A DNA stretch of 64,000 nucleotides from Candidatus Nomurabacteria bacterium (GCA_026395915.1 JAPLXU010000011.1:15688-79687); one strand, 5' to 3'; counted from the first letter of the stretch, positions 18,384 through 28,772 are shown. Numbers and translations: made by a program. Notes: generated from the letters alone by a model not told the origin.

Positions 18384-20087
18384 ATCGGGCGGAACGTTAT
18401 AATAATTCAGCAAAAATTTTGTAATATCCAAAAACGGATCGCTCCAAGTGGTCGCGGCATATTGCACACCTTTCGGATTTACAGCATAAAGAAAAACTAT
18501 AAATTTCGGGTCATAAGCTGGAAAGTAACCGACAAAGGAATGCGTATGCCTGTCTTCATAATATCCTCCGTTTGCGCTGTCCGCAACTTGCGCCGTGCCA
18601 GTTTTTACTGCCACACTAAAATGGTCCAGCTTTCCCAATCCTCCTTTAATTGCTTTATCCATGACGCCGACGAGCATTCGCGTTATTTCTTCGCTAGTTT
18701 GCTTTGTTATTTTTGTCCGTGTAACTGGGTAAGATATTTTTTTGGAAATGCCAGTATCATATTTTATTTCTTCTACAACATGTGGCACTACAAGATTCCC
18801 ACCGTTACCAAGTGAAGCCAGCGCTCGAATCATTTCGATTGGAGTTAAAGCTATACCCTGGCCGAAAGAAGCGTTGGCATATTCGATTTCTCGCGGACTA
18901 TTCAAATTGGAAACCAACCCGCTCGTTTCATTCGGCAAATCAATGCCGGTTTTATCTTTGATACCATAAGCGAGGAGATAATCTTTTAATCTTGCTTTGC
19001 CTAATTGCTGTTCAACAAAGACCATTCCAGTATTAAGAGACTGATTGAGAACATCCTGCATCGTCGTGCCCGGACCCCTGCCTTTCTTATCAAAATTGAA
19101 TATCTCTTTTTTTTCAATCACGACAGAACCTTTGTCATCATATGTAGTATTCGCCGTCACAACTCCAGCATCCAAAGCTCCCGCCATCACCAATGGCTTC
19201 ACGACCGATCCGAATTCAAAAACATTTTCAACTAGTGGATTTGAAAAAACAGAATTATTTTTTTCCTGAGCAAACGTATTCGGATTGAAGTCCGGCTTGG
19301 CGCTCATTGCGTAGATAGAGCCGTTTTGCGGATTCATGATTATGCCTCCGATCGAATCGACTTGATATTTGTTTTTTACTTCTTCTAATTTTTTTTCCAA
19401 AAAATTCTGCACTGTCGGCTCGATCGTGGTGATCACATCCCCTTCTAATACTTCATGCTTAAACAAAGTTTTATTTATATTTGAGAAAACTTCCGCAAAA
19501 AAATTAACATAAGGATCATTATTTCTCAAAAGCTCGGAATTATACTGTCTCTCAAGTCCATAACGTCCTGCAAGCTCGTCACCTTTGTATCCGACAAAGC
19601 CGACAAGGTGTGAAGCAAGAGTTCCTCCGGGATAAAAACGCCATTTTTCTTTAAAAATATTCAAGCCCGTAATTTTAAGAGCAGAGACAGCATCAGCCTG
19701 TACTTTTGTGAGACGATCCGCCACTTCTTCATAAGGGTCATTAGTTTTCGACGCCTTCGCGATAAAATCGTCGTGATTCAAAGTTATTATCTTTGACAAT
19801 TTTTTATAAATAGATTCTTTATCGACAATTTTGCCAGGATCTATCGCCATCTTGAATCCTGAAGCTTGAGTCGCGGCAGCAATGAACTGTCCATCTTTGC
19901 TTTGAAAGAAAATTGCTCCGCGCTCGTAGATGTTGCTACCCGGCGTGGAATATTGCCTGTCAGCAGACTCCGAATAAACGTCGTTTTGCATAACTTGTAC
20001 AAAAAAGATCTTGGCTATAAGGACAAAAGAGAAAGATAGGACAAAAAAAAGAACGACCCTAGATCTAAAAATGAAACTATATGTCAT
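18378..20087 (-). CDS. ftsI: Peptidoglycan D,D-transpeptidase FtsI (PBP2/3 class)
   Basis: 569 aa. N-terminal TM, PBP dimerisation domain, transpeptidase motifs SVVKP, SxN-like and KTGTAQ. Confidence 0.85.
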   Translation of the reverse strand: MTYSFIFRSRVVLFFVLSFSFVLIAKIFFVQVMQNDVYSESADRQYSTPGSNIYERGAIFFQSKDGQFIAAATQASGFKMAIDPGKIVDKESIYKKLSKIITLNHDDFIAKASKTNDPYEEVADRLTKVQADAVSALKITGLNIFKEKWRFYPGGTLASHLVGFVGYKGDELAGRYGLERQYNSELLRNNDPYVNFFAEVFSNINKTLFKHEVLEGDVITTIEPTVQNFLEKKLEEVKNKYQVDSIGGIIMNPQNGSIYAMSAKPDFNPNTFAQEKNNSVFSNPLVENVFEFGSVVKPLVMAGALDAGVVTANTTYDDKGSVVIEKKEIFNFDKKGRGPGTTMQDVLNQSLNTGMVFVEQQLGKARLKDYLLAYGIKDKTGIDLPNETSGLVSNLNSPREIEYANASFGQGIALTPIEMIRALASLGNGGNLVVPHVVEEIKYDTGISKKISYPVTRTKITKQTSEEITRMLVGVMDKAIKGGLGKLDHFSVAVKTGTAQVADSANGGYYEDRHTHSFVGYFPAYDPKFIVFLYAVNPKGVQYAATTWSDPFLDITKFLLNYYNVPPDR

Positions 20088-20466
20088 TTTGAACTATTTT
20101 TATGTTGCCAAAAGGCACGCTCGTAGAATTAAAGCCGAGTGCCTTGCGATTCGCAAAAGTTGCCTTCACTTCCTTAAATCCGAGAGAATTTGAAAGAGTG
20201 AGATCAACATTATTAGACAAAGACAAATATGTAACCTCTAAATTTTGAACCTCATTTGAAAGAGAACGAGCTTGTGTTTCGAGACCTTGACGTTGCACGA
20301 TATTCTTAACCATGTTTCCTAAAAATATAATATAAAAAAGTGCAAGTGCTCCAAAAGACCAAAGAATAAAGTTGAAAATAAACTTTTCGATGTTGTTGTT
20401 CACAACACTGACGCCCTTCACATACGTATTAAATTTTAAGGTCATTTGTTTCATATTTTTTCTCAC
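20077..20466 (-). CDS. ftsL: Cell division protein FtsL-like
   Basis: 129 aa, single TM plus coiled-coil, sitting in the canonical rsmH-ftsL-ftsI position. Confidence 0.55.
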   Translation of the reverse strand: MRKNMKQMTLKFNTYVKGVSVVNNNIEKFIFNFILWSFGALALFYIIFLGNMVKNIVQRQGLETQARSLSNEVQNLEVTYLSLSNNVDLTLSNSLGFKEVKATFANRKALGFNSTSVPFGNIKIVQNDI

Positions 20467-20485
20467 CGCCTTCGACGGGATCCCG

Positions 20486-21385
20486 CTATAAGCGGGATAA
20501 AATCCTCAACTTCGCGCTTCTCGATCTCGGATTATTTTTAATTTCTTCTGCTTTCGCTATGATCGGTTTTTTGTTTACTAATTTTGCTAAATTTTCTTCG
20601 GCTAATTTTTTATAAAATCTTTTCACTATTCTGTCTTCCAAACTATGGAAAGAAATTACCGACATCCTCCCGCCAACTTTTAACGATTCGAATCCTTTCT
20701 CGAGTCCCTCGGAAAGCGCTCCTAATTCATCGTTGACCGCTATCCTTATCGCTTGAAAAGTTTTTGTGGCAAAGTGTATTTTCCATTTTCGAAACTTTGC
20801 CGGAATTGCGTCCTCTATTATTTTTACCAAGTCGAAAGTGGTTTCAATCTTTTTCTCTTTCCTAAAATCCACTATCGCTTTGGCTATCCTGCGAGCTTGC
20901 TTTTCCTCGCCGTAACCGTAAATAATATCTGCTAAACTCTTCTCCTCCCAGGTGTTCACGACATCTAGCGCCGTGACATCTTCTGGAAGAGGATTTTCTT
21001 TCATAGTCATGGAGAGTGGTTCATCTCTCATGAAAGAAAATCCTCGTCCAGAATTCTCTAATTGATCCGAACTCAAACCTAAATCAAAAATAATTCCGTC
21101 AACTTTTCCGACACCTTCCTTTCCCAAAACCTTATCTATATTCCTGAAATTTTCATTTGCGAAAGAAATGTCGCAATCCAAATCCTTGAACTTCTCTTTT
21201 GCTTTTTCGAAAGCACCTTGGTCTTGATCGAGGGCAATAATTTTCACATCCGGAAATCTTTTGCAAATTTCTAGACTGTGTCCCCCTCCGCCAAATGTGC
21301 AATCAATCACCAAAGATTTTGGTTTTAAATCGAGACCCTCTATTGTTTCTTGTAAAAGAACTGTCTTGTGTGCGCTTGTCATCAT
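20486..21385 (-). CDS. rsmH: 16S rRNA (cytosine1402-N4)-methyltransferase RsmH (MraW)
   Basis: 299 aa. HKTVLL, DCTFGGGGHS and ALDQD motifs. Confidence 0.95.
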   Translation of the reverse strand: MMTSAHKTVLLQETIEGLDLKPKSLVIDCTFGGGGHSLEICKRFPDVKIIALDQDQGAFEKAKEKFKDLDCDISFANENFRNIDKVLGKEGVGKVDGIIFDLGLSSDQLENSGRGFSFMRDEPLSMTMKENPLPEDVTALDVVNTWEEKSLADIIYGYGEEKQARRIAKAIVDFRKEKKIETTFDLVKIIEDAIPAKFRKWKIHFATKTFQAIRIAVNDELGALSEGLEKGFESLKVGGRMSVISFHSLEDRIVKRFYKKLAEENLAKLVNKKPIIAKAEEIKNNPRSRSAKLRILSRL

Positions 21386-21397
21386 ATTTTGGAAATT

Positions 21398-21853
21398 CTA
21401 TGTTTTCAAAGAATTTCCCTCGCTTCCAAGCTTCTCCGCCAATTGTTCAGCCTGCTTTTCCACGATTGCCTTTTGCTCCGACCATGCGCTTTCGCTCCAA
21501 ACTTCCACTCTGTCTTTGACTCCGACAATCACCGCTGAATTTTTCAAACCGATTCTTTCTTTCAAAAAATCCGGAACGAGTATTCTCCCGATCGAATCTA
21601 TTTCCACTTCCGCCGCTCGCCCAAACATATATCTATTGAAACTTCTCTGATCTGCTTTTAAAAATGACAACTCGGAATCCGAATCAGAAAGTTTTTTGGA
21701 AACTTTTTCCCATTCTTTGTTTGTAAAAATGAACAAGCACTGTCCGAGTCCGGGAGTAATAATAATTTTCTTGCCGAGTTCTTTGCGAAACTTTGCCGGC
21801 ATTGAAACTCGATTCTTTTCATCTATTGTGTGTATGTATTCGCCGATGAGCAT
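21398..21853 (-). CDS. mraZ: Transcriptional regulator MraZ
   Basis: Start at MLIGEYIHTIDEKNRVSMPAKFR (canonical MraZ N-terminus). Two MraZ repeats. Confidence 0.85.
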   Translation of the reverse strand: MLIGEYIHTIDEKNRVSMPAKFRKELGKKIIITPGLGQCLFIFTNKEWEKVSKKLSDSDSELSFLKADQRSFNRYMFGRAAEVEIDSIGRILVPDFLKERIGLKNSAVIVGVKDRVEVWSESAWSEQKAIVEKQAEQLAEKLGSEGNSLKT

Positions 21854-22147
21854 AAAATTATTTTTTCCCACTTTTTCCCACTTGATACATATATTGTATT
21901 CCATATAAAAAATAACACCAAGCCCAAACTGTGGATAACTTTTTGACTTTCATTTTTTATTTTTATAAACTTAAATTTGTTAGTGCCAACAGAACCCTAG
22001 CTCCCCTTCACCTAGCAACCCAAAACGGCACATTGTTGTGCGCGCGAGGGGTGGAGGGGAGCGAGTTTGTTCCAAAATCGGCGCCTAAAAACGCCAAAAA
22101 GACGCCTCGGGACCTATGGTTACTGAGGCATCACTATTTATGGGAGG

Positions 22148-23635
22148 TTATTTTATTGGTTTCATTAACGGAAAAAGTTGTGTCTCGCGAATTGGTTTAT
22201 CCATAAGGAAACTAAAGAGTCTTTCAGAAACACCAAAACCAAAGGCTGGAGGCATAGCGTATTCAAGAGCTTCAACGAATTCCATATCCGCCATTTGGGC
22301 TTCATCATCTCCAGCATCACGAAGCTGTTGTTGGTCAATAAATCTTGCACGTTGATCAACTGGATCATTTAACTCACTAAAACCTTTGCCTACTTCACTT
22401 CCAGCAAGCATAACTTGAAATCTTTCTACTGTCTTTGGATTATTTCTATTTATTTTTGCAAGTGGTTCTAAATACACTGGAACATTTATTAAAAATCCTG
22501 GACCACCTATTTCTTTTCTTATAACTTTCCAGAGACTATCAACAGTCCGTGCGAGATTGGCTTTAGATTCAAATTCTATGCCAGCCTTTTTACATATTTC
22601 TTCTAAATCTTTCTTTGTAGCTTTCTTTCCTGTCTTTGAATAGACTTCAGTAATAGGATCCAATCCAAACTTCTCTTGAACCATTTTACAGAAATCATAT
22701 GTTTTCCATTCGTCATTCAAATCAACATCAAAATCTTTTATTTTAAATTTTGTAGTGCTAAAAACTTTCTTAGCAATTAATCTGTAAAGCTCTTTTGTCA
22801 TTTCCATTCCTTCATTATAATCTGCATAAGCCATGTAGTACTCAACTTGAGTATAATCTTGTGAGTGCTCAGGCGAAATACCCTCATTTCTAAAAATACG
22901 CCCAATCTCAAATGTGCGAGGAAAGCCCGCAACCAAAAGTTTCTTTTGCCACAATTCCCCAGCGGAAATTCTCATATAGACATCAATATCAAGAGCATTA
23001 TGATGTGTCTTAAATGGACGCGCGTCAGCGCCTCCAGTAGTATTTTCGATAGCCGGAGTTTCTACTTCAAGAAAATTTTTAGAAATTAAATATTCACGAA
23101 TAGTATTCCAAAACTTTGCCTTCTTTTTAAAAAGTTCTTTTAACTCTGGATTCATTAAAATATCCAGATACCTCTTTCGAAATCTTTCTTCAACGTCTTG
23201 CAAGCCGTGCCACTTTTCCGGTAGTGGTCTCAAACTCTTAGAAAGCATGCGCCAATCTTTCACTTCGAGCGTTTTCTCCCCTCTCTTGGTCGTAAAAAAA
23301 GTTCCATCAATTTCTATGAAGTCTCCAATGTCTGCAACTTCTCCGAAAAAATTGAATTTGTCATCACCCAAAACATCTTTTTTGAGCAGACCTTGAAAAG
23401 CTCCTGTGCCGTCATTTAAAGTTATAAAAACAATAGCGCCTTGCCCGCGGATAGACATAACCCTACCCGCAATCCACTTCGTTTCTTTGCTTTTTTCAAA
23501 TTTATCAAAATTTTCTACCGCTTCCTTCAAAGAAATTTCTCTTTTGGAATCTGCTGGATACGAATCCATGCCCTTGTTTTTCAAGAGCTCGAGCTTTTTT
23601 ATTCTGGCTTCCCTGATTTCGTCAATTGAGGACAT
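22148..23635 (-). CDS. lysS: Lysine--tRNA ligase (class II)
   Basis: 495 aa. Anticodon-binding OB fold plus class II motifs (FEIGRIFRNEG, GGADARPF, LAGSEVGKGFSELNDP). Confidence 0.95.
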   Translation of the reverse strand: MSSIDEIREARIKKLELLKNKGMDSYPADSKREISLKEAVENFDKFEKSKETKWIAGRVMSIRGQGAIVFITLNDGTGAFQGLLKKDVLGDDKFNFFGEVADIGDFIEIDGTFFTTKRGEKTLEVKDWRMLSKSLRPLPEKWHGLQDVEERFRKRYLDILMNPELKELFKKKAKFWNTIREYLISKNFLEVETPAIENTTGGADARPFKTHHNALDIDVYMRISAGELWQKKLLVAGFPRTFEIGRIFRNEGISPEHSQDYTQVEYYMAYADYNEGMEMTKELYRLIAKKVFSTTKFKIKDFDVDLNDEWKTYDFCKMVQEKFGLDPITEVYSKTGKKATKKDLEEICKKAGIEFESKANLARTVDSLWKVIRKEIGGPGFLINVPVYLEPLAKINRNNPKTVERFQVMLAGSEVGKGFSELNDPVDQRARFIDQQQLRDAGDDEAQMADMEFVEALEYAMPPAFGFGVSERLFSFLMDKPIRETQLFPLMKPIK

Positions 23636-23674
23636 TTTTTTCCGCTAAAGGCGGATCCGCGCAAGGCGGAAATT

Positions 23675-24142
23675 TTACGAAACACTAATAATTTTGTAAT
23701 TTGTTGCTCCGTTTGGAGTTTTAAAAGAAACACTTTCGCCTTTCTTTTTACCAAGAAGCGCTTCGCCGAAAGGAGACCTGTTTGATATTTTTCCTTGCAA
23801 CATATCCGCTTCCTCGGATCCGACAATGTGATATGTCTTTTCTTCCCTCGCGTCTTCTTTTTTCACAACCACACTGGAGCCGATTTCAACTATATCCCCC
23901 TTTTTGTGAGAAACCGTTTCCGAAGATTGCAAAACTTGCTCTATCTTTGTGATGCGTTCTTCGAGTTTACCTTGCTCTTCGCGAGTTTGGTGATATTCCG
24001 CATTTTCAGACAAGTCGCCAAGCGATTTTGCATACTCCAAAGAAGCTAAAATTTCTTGTCTTTTTGGTCCCTTCAAATCTGCCAACTCGGTTAAGAGTTC
24101 TTTTCTTTTTTCTTCGGTTATGTAGTCAGTTGTCTTTTGCAT
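23675..24142 (-). CDS. greA: Transcription elongation factor GreA
   Basis: 155 aa. GreA coiled-coil N-terminus (GDLSENAEY) and FKBP-like C-terminus. Confidence 0.9.
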   Translation of the reverse strand: MQKTTDYITEEKRKELLTELADLKGPKRQEILASLEYAKSLGDLSENAEYHQTREEQGKLEERITKIEQVLQSSETVSHKKGDIVEIGSSVVVKKEDAREEKTYHIVGSEEADMLQGKISNRSPFGEALLGKKKGESVSFKTPNGATNYKIISVS

Positions 24143-24228
24143 TTAACTAATTTATCTCTTTTTTACAAAAAAGTCAATTCTATTTCGAGAAATTTGCAAA
24201 AAATCGTTTATATGGTAATCTGTCTTAT

Positions 24229-24462
24229 ATGGCAAAAACAGTAATAGAGGTTAATAAGAATCCAAACGAAAATAATTCGAGCATTTTGCGTCGCTTTTCT
24301 CGCAGGATTCAGGAGTCTGGAATAGTCCGCAAGGTCAAAGGCGCTCGTTACAATGTCCGAAAAGAATCCAAATTGAAAATAAAAAAGAGCGCGCTCAAAA
24401 GAATGGCTCGCAGAAAAGAAATAGAATACTTGAAGAAACTTGGCAAGATGGTGACGAAGTAA
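24229..24462 (+). CDS. rpsU: 30S ribosomal protein S21
   Basis: 77 aa, basic, S21-like (LRRFSRRIQESGIV...KSALKRMARRKE). Confidence 0.75.
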   Translation: MAKTVIEVNKNPNENNSSILRRFSRRIQESGIVRKVKGARYNVRKESKLKIKKSALKRMARRKEIEYLKKLGKMVTK

Positions 24463-24465
24463 ACT

Positions 24466-24918
24466 ATGCAAGAGAACTTTTCTCTAATAAACAAAACTAG
24501 AAGCAAGCTTCCCCGCTTGCCTTTTCTCGACATTAAAGATGATATTTTGGGTAAAAAATATTTCCTGTCACTTGCCTTTGTCGATAAAAAAAAATCAAAA
24601 GAAATAAACAAGACTTATCGAAATAAAGACAAACCCACAAATATACTATCCTTTTCTTTGCGTAAAAATGAAGGCGAGATCGTTTTGTGTCCGGCTGTTA
24701 TAAAGCGCGAAGCAAAAAATTTTGGGAAAACTTTTGAGCAATTTTTGGGCTTTTTAGTTATCCACGGAATGCTTCATTTGAAAGGTTTCGAACATAGTAG
24801 TACAATGGAGGTAGCAGAAAATAAATATGATCAGAAATATCTCAGTGGGAATAGACTTAGGCTCAGGGATGACGAGGGTCATCGTGGGAGAGTTTTTCAA
24901 AGGAGAAAAAAATCCTAA
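24466..24918 (+). CDS. ybeY: rRNA maturation endoribonuclease YbeY
   Basis: HGMLHLKGFEH zinc-binding motif. The 3' end overlaps the ftsA start by about 90 nt, so the true stop and start may differ. Confidence 0.75.
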   Translation: MQENFSLINKTRSKLPRLPFLDIKDDILGKKYFLSLAFVDKKKSKEINKTYRNKDKPTNILSFSLRKNEGEIVLCPAVIKREAKNFGKTFEQFLGFLVIHGMLHLKGFEHSSTMEVAENKYDQKYLSGNRLRLRDDEGHRGRVFQRRKKS

Positions 24919-25990
24919 AATTATTGGCGTGGGTGAAAGTGAGACGCTCGGCATGCAACATGGATACGTTGTTGATCCTGTTGAAACAACTGTTTCCGTA
25001 AAAAATGCTATAAGCATGGCAGAAAAATCTTCGGGAGTAAAAATAAAACGCGCGTTCGTTTCAGTTGGTGGCATAAGTCTCCGCGGAGAGACGAGTTCCG
25101 GTTCAGCAATCATCTCCAAAGCTGATGGCGAAGTAACAAGTTTGGATATAAATAAAGCTCTGCAGGATTGCGAGGATAATTTGAATTTAAATAACAAAAA
25201 AATCATTCAGACATTCCATATTTCTTCCCGTTTGGATGGAAAAGAAGTGCGGGGTCGTCTCGAAGGCATGCGCGGAACTAAGCTTGAAATAAAAGCCTTT
25301 TTTCTTACTTATTCCATTCAGCACTTAGAAGATCTGATAGAAGTTATCGCCAAAGCGGAAGTGGAAACTATAGACGTCATAGCTTCCCCTATCGTCCTTG
25401 GCCAGATCGCCTTATCTGAAAGACAAAAAATAGTCGGCGTGGCGCTCGTCAACATAGGACAAGAAACGACATCACTTTCTGTCTTTGAAAACGGATTGCC
25501 GATTTTAGTTCACACTTTTTCCATCGGCGGGGCAGATATCACAAACGACATCGCGCTTGGATTCAAGATTCCACTCAATGTGGCAGCACGTTTCAAACAA
25601 GATGGAGTTGAAGAAAACTTTTCTAAAAAGAAATTAGATGAAATCATCGAGGCGCGACTCTCAGATATTTTTGAATTGATAGAAAATCATTTAAAAAAAA
25701 TAAAACGAAACGGACTCTTGCCGGCGGGCATTGTGTTCACAGGCGGAGGAGCAAATGTCGGAGGATTACTCGAACTTTCAAAATCAGTTCTCAAACTCCC
25801 AGCGGGCTATGGATCAACAGAAATTTTTGGCAATTCAAAAACAAAACTTCGTGACTCGGCGTGGTTCACTTCACTCGGATTGGTGGTTTCTGGCAGAGAC
25901 AATGACAGCTATTCCGGAAATTCATTAAAAAATCTTTTTAAAGATCTAAAAAATACAGTAAAATCAAGCATAAAACAGCTGATGCCATAA
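24827..25990 (+). CDS. ftsA: Cell division protein FtsA
   Basis: 387 aa. Actin-like ATPase motifs (VGIDLGSGMTRVIVGE, FTGGGANVGGL). Confidence 0.85.
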   Translation: MIRNISVGIDLGSGMTRVIVGEFFKGEKNPKIIGVGESETLGMQHGYVVDPVETTVSVKNAISMAEKSSGVKIKRAFVSVGGISLRGETSSGSAIISKADGEVTSLDINKALQDCEDNLNLNNKKIIQTFHISSRLDGKEVRGRLEGMRGTKLEIKAFFLTYSIQHLEDLIEVIAKAEVETIDVIASPIVLGQIALSERQKIVGVALVNIGQETTSLSVFENGLPILVHTFSIGGADITNDIALGFKIPLNVAARFKQDGVEENFSKKKLDEIIEARLSDIFELIENHLKKIKRNGLLPAGIVFTGGGANVGGLLELSKSVLKLPAGYGSTEIFGNSKTKLRDSAWFTSLGLVVSGRDNDSYSGNSLKNLFKDLKNTVKSSIKQLMP

Positions 25991-25991
25991 G

Positions 25992-26017
25992 CCACTTGGA
26001 GGCTTTGCCTCCAAGTG
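25992..26017. repeat. REP-like hairpin, copy 1 (cacTTGGAGGCtttGCCTCCAAgtg)
   Basis: 9-bp stem, 3-nt loop, immediately upstream of the RAYT gene. Confidence 0.75.
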
Positions 26018-26030
26018 CTATACTTGAGTT

Positions 26031-26678
26031 ATGTCATTAAGAAAAACCAATTTTGTAGAAGGTGAATATTATCATATCTACAATAGAGGCGTTGATAAGC
26101 GAGAAATTTTTTCCGATAAATTTGACTTAGAAAGATTCTTACAAAGTATGGAAAGTTTCAATACTAAGGATCCTATCGGGAGTTTATATGAAAATAGTTT
26201 TATAAAAAAGAAAGCACTTGGAGGCAAAGCCTCCAAATTGGTTAATTTTGTGGCTTATTGTTTGAACCCTAATCATTATCATTTTATTATTACTCCCCTC
26301 GTAGAAAAAGGAATCGAAAAATTCATGCAACGACTTGGAACAGGCTATACCATGTACTTCAATGAGAAAAATAAAAGATCTGGTTCGCTTTTTCAAGGGA
26401 AATTTAAAAGTAAACACTTAAATTCAAATGAATATTTACTTCAAGCAAGCTCCTATGTAAATTTAAACAACTATGATAAAAATGGGGTAATCAAAAAATC
26501 TTTAAACTCGTCAAGTTGGATTGAATATACTCAACCAACTAATAATGTTGAGTTTTGTGAAAAATCGATAGTGCTTGGTCAATTTGAATCCAAAAAAGAA
26601 TATGAAAAATTCGCACTGGAAACTTGGAGAAATACATGCGAAAGAAAAGAAGAAATAGAAAATCTTGAATTTATTTAA
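26031..26678 (+). CDS. IS200/IS605-like Y1 transposase, REP-associated tyrosine transposase (RAYT)-like
   Basis: 215 aa. YHIYNRGVDKREIF and NPNHYHFII (HuH) motifs. Associated with three REP-like hairpins, one of them inside its own CDS. Confidence 0.7.
   Translation: MSLRKTNFVEGEYYHIYNRGVDKREIFSDKFDLERFLQSMESFNTKDPIGSLYENSFIKKKALGGKASKLVNFVAYCLNPNHYHFIITPLVEKGIEKFMQRLGTGYTMYFNEKNKRSGSLFQGKFKSKHLNSNEYLLQASSYVNLNNYDKNGVIKKSLNSSSWIEYTQPTNNVEFCEKSIVLGQFESKKEYEKFALETWRNTCERKEEIENLEFI
26215..26238. repeat. REP-like hairpin, copy 2 (inverted orientation), in-frame inside the RAYT CDS
   Basis: cacTTGGAGGCaaaGCCTCCAAattg encodes ALGGKASKL. Confidence 0.7.
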
Positions 26679-26706
26679 CTTAGATGTCCTACCTTTTAAT
26701 CTTCAA

Positions 26707-27402
26707 CTAGCTATTTACAGACCGAAGCTGTGAATATCTGTAAGGTATTGTAAATAATACGATAACAACGGCAAAAATAACACTATTCATACTCAATAAG
26801 CCAAAGTAATTCATAATCAAAGAGATTGCTATAATAAGAACAGTCAGCAATGTTTCTGCTTTGATTCTTTTTTCAACTGCCTGCTTACGTAACACTGGAT
26901 CATTAATAAACTGAAAAGGATATTTGACAAACTCATTGGCAGAAATATTTTTTACACCTGAAAAATAAAATAAGGTACTCAATAACATAAATAATCCTCC
27001 ATAAAAAAGAATGGGAACTATTATCGAAATTGCATTATCAGAAAAAATTTCATATTTACTTAGTGGAAAAAATATTAAAGGAGAAATAAGTATAAAAAAT
27101 GATGTCCAAATTAGATTTCTATACTTTTCTACTTTCTTTTTAAAATTTTCATCATAAATAATTTCTTGTGACATAGATGATTCACTATCAGACCAAATTC
27201 TTCTTGAAAGATAAACTGAAAAAATATTCCAAAAAATAATTATCAGCAACAAAATTATGATAGAAGTTGTTTGTCCAAAATTAATAAATCCTTTAAGAAA
27301 TACAGACAAAATGGCACCCGCAAAGAAACTTAAGAAAACATTAATAATTATAAAAGATACTCGATACGGTCGTTTTGAATTAGTTAAATTTATGTTTTTC
27401 AT
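26707..27402 (-). CDS. Hypothetical polytopic membrane protein
   Basis: Start at internal MKNINLT. Upstream ORF-track residues are translation of the REP hairpin. Six or more TM helices. Confidence 0.5.
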   Translation of the reverse strand: MKNINLTNSKRPYRVSFIIINVFLSFFAGAILSVFLKGFINFGQTTSIIILLLIIIFWNIFSVYLSRRIWSDSESSMSQEIIYDENFKKKVEKYRNLIWTSFFILISPLIFFPLSKYEIFSDNAISIIVPILFYGGLFMLLSTLFYFSGVKNISANEFVKYPFQFINDPVLRKQAVEKRIKAETLLTVLIIAISLIMNYFGLLSMNSVIFAVVIVLFTIPYRYSQLRSVNS

Positions 27403-27440
27403 GTTTGAATTATAGTTTAATAAAAATAAAAACTCAACAC

Positions 27441-27467
27441 TACTTGGAGGTCTTGCCTCCAAGTGGG
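27441..27467. repeat. REP-like hairpin, copy 3 (taCTTGGAGGtcttGCCTCCAAGtggg)
   Basis: Together with copy 1 it brackets the 1.45-kb RAYT-plus-membrane-gene insert between ftsA and ftsZ. Confidence 0.75.
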
Positions 27468-27544
27468 CTTGTTTTTGGAGTTGCTTTTTTTTGCTTGAGT
27501 GATAGTATGCCTTTATACAAGTTAATTATTAATAACTATATTTT

Positions 27545-28765
27545 ATGCCAAAAATAAATCAAGAAATACAAAGTTTCGCTCGCATCATGGTCATCGGAAT
27601 AGGAGGGTCTGGAAAGAACGCCGTCAACCACATGATAAATTCTAAAGTCAAAGGAGTCTCTTTTATTTGCATGAACACTGACACGCAAGATTTGCATAAC
27701 TCACTCGCTGAGAAAAAAATTCATATTGGAAAAAATCTGACGAAAGGTCTCGGCGCCGGCATGGATCCGGAAGTCGGAAAGAAAGCCGCTGAAGAAACAA
27801 AATCTGAAATTCAAGATGTCATCAAAGGAGCAGACATGATCTTCATCGCTTGCGGAATGGGCGGAGGCACAGGCACAGGCGCAGCTCCGATCGTCGCTCG
27901 CGCGGCGAGAGAACAAGGCATCTTGACTGTGGCTGTCACGACCAAGCCTTTCTTTTTTGAAGGCAATCACCGAATGAAAATCGCCGAAAAAGGAATCGAA
28001 GAATTATCAAAGGAAGTTGATGCGATTATTATAATTCCAAACGACAAATTGCTCCAGCTAGCCGACAAAAACACCAATTTTAAAGACGCTTTCAGTAATT
28101 GCGACAATGTCCTCCGTCAAGCTGTTGAAGGCATTTCGGACCTTATCACTACCCCCGGCATCATCAATGTTGACTTCGCAGATATCAAAGCCGTAATGCG
28201 AGACGCAGGTAGCGCTCTCATGGGCATCGGAATATCATCAGGTGAAAAGCGAGCAGAAAAAGCTGCTCTCGCCGCGATCAATTCTCCGCTCTTGGAAATT
28301 TCTATTCACGGCGCAAAAGGAGTGCTCTTTGCCATTTCCGGCGGAGACGATTTGACCATTCATGAAATCCAAGAAGCTGCAAAAATAATCACGGAGTCCA
28401 TCGACAAAGACGCCAAAGTGATCTTCGGCACAATTCGTGATGAGAAATTAAAGAAAGGTGAATTGAAAGTCACAGTCATCGCCACGAACTTCCCTGCCGA
28501 CATGCCTCGCAAGAACCTTTTCAGCGGAACAGGAGCGGTAAATCAAACATTACTCAAAGAAGACAATGCTAATTTGGCTAAAAAAGAGATAAATAACAGC
28601 ATCAATAGCGTAAAAAATGTAAGTACAAATAGCAACATCAGCAGTAATGATTTTATAAAAAAGATGGACAACAACAAGAAACCAGAGCCGATAAAGGACA
28701 TAATTATAGAGGATGACACAGATGACTGGAGCGCTGTTCCAGCATTTCTACGACGCAAGAAATAA
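27545..28765 (+). CDS. ftsZ: Cell division protein FtsZ
   Basis: 406 aa. [10 protein letters not shown], tubulin signature [11 protein letters not shown]-terminal conserved peptide [13 protein letters not shown]. Confidence 0.95.
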   Translation: MPKINQEIQSFARIMVIGIGGSGKNAVNHMINSKVKGVSFICMNTDTQDLHNSLAEKKIHIGKNLTKGLGAGMDPEVGKKAAEETKSEIQDVIKGADMIFIACGMGGGTGTGAAPIVARAAREQGILTVAVTTKPFFFEGNHRMKIAEKGIEELSKEVDAIIIIPNDKLLQLADKNTNFKDAFSNCDNVLRQAVEGISDLITTPGIINVDFADIKAVMRDAGSALMGIGISSGEKRAEKAALAAINSPLLEISIHGAKGVLFAISGGDDLTIHEIQEAAKIITESIDKDAKVIFGTIRDEKLKKGELKVTVIATNFPADMPRKNLFSGTGAVNQTLLKEDNANLAKKEINNSINSVKNVSTNSNISSNDFIKKMDNNKKPEPIKDIIIEDDTDDWSAVPAFLRRKK

Positions 28766-28772
28766 GAATTAG

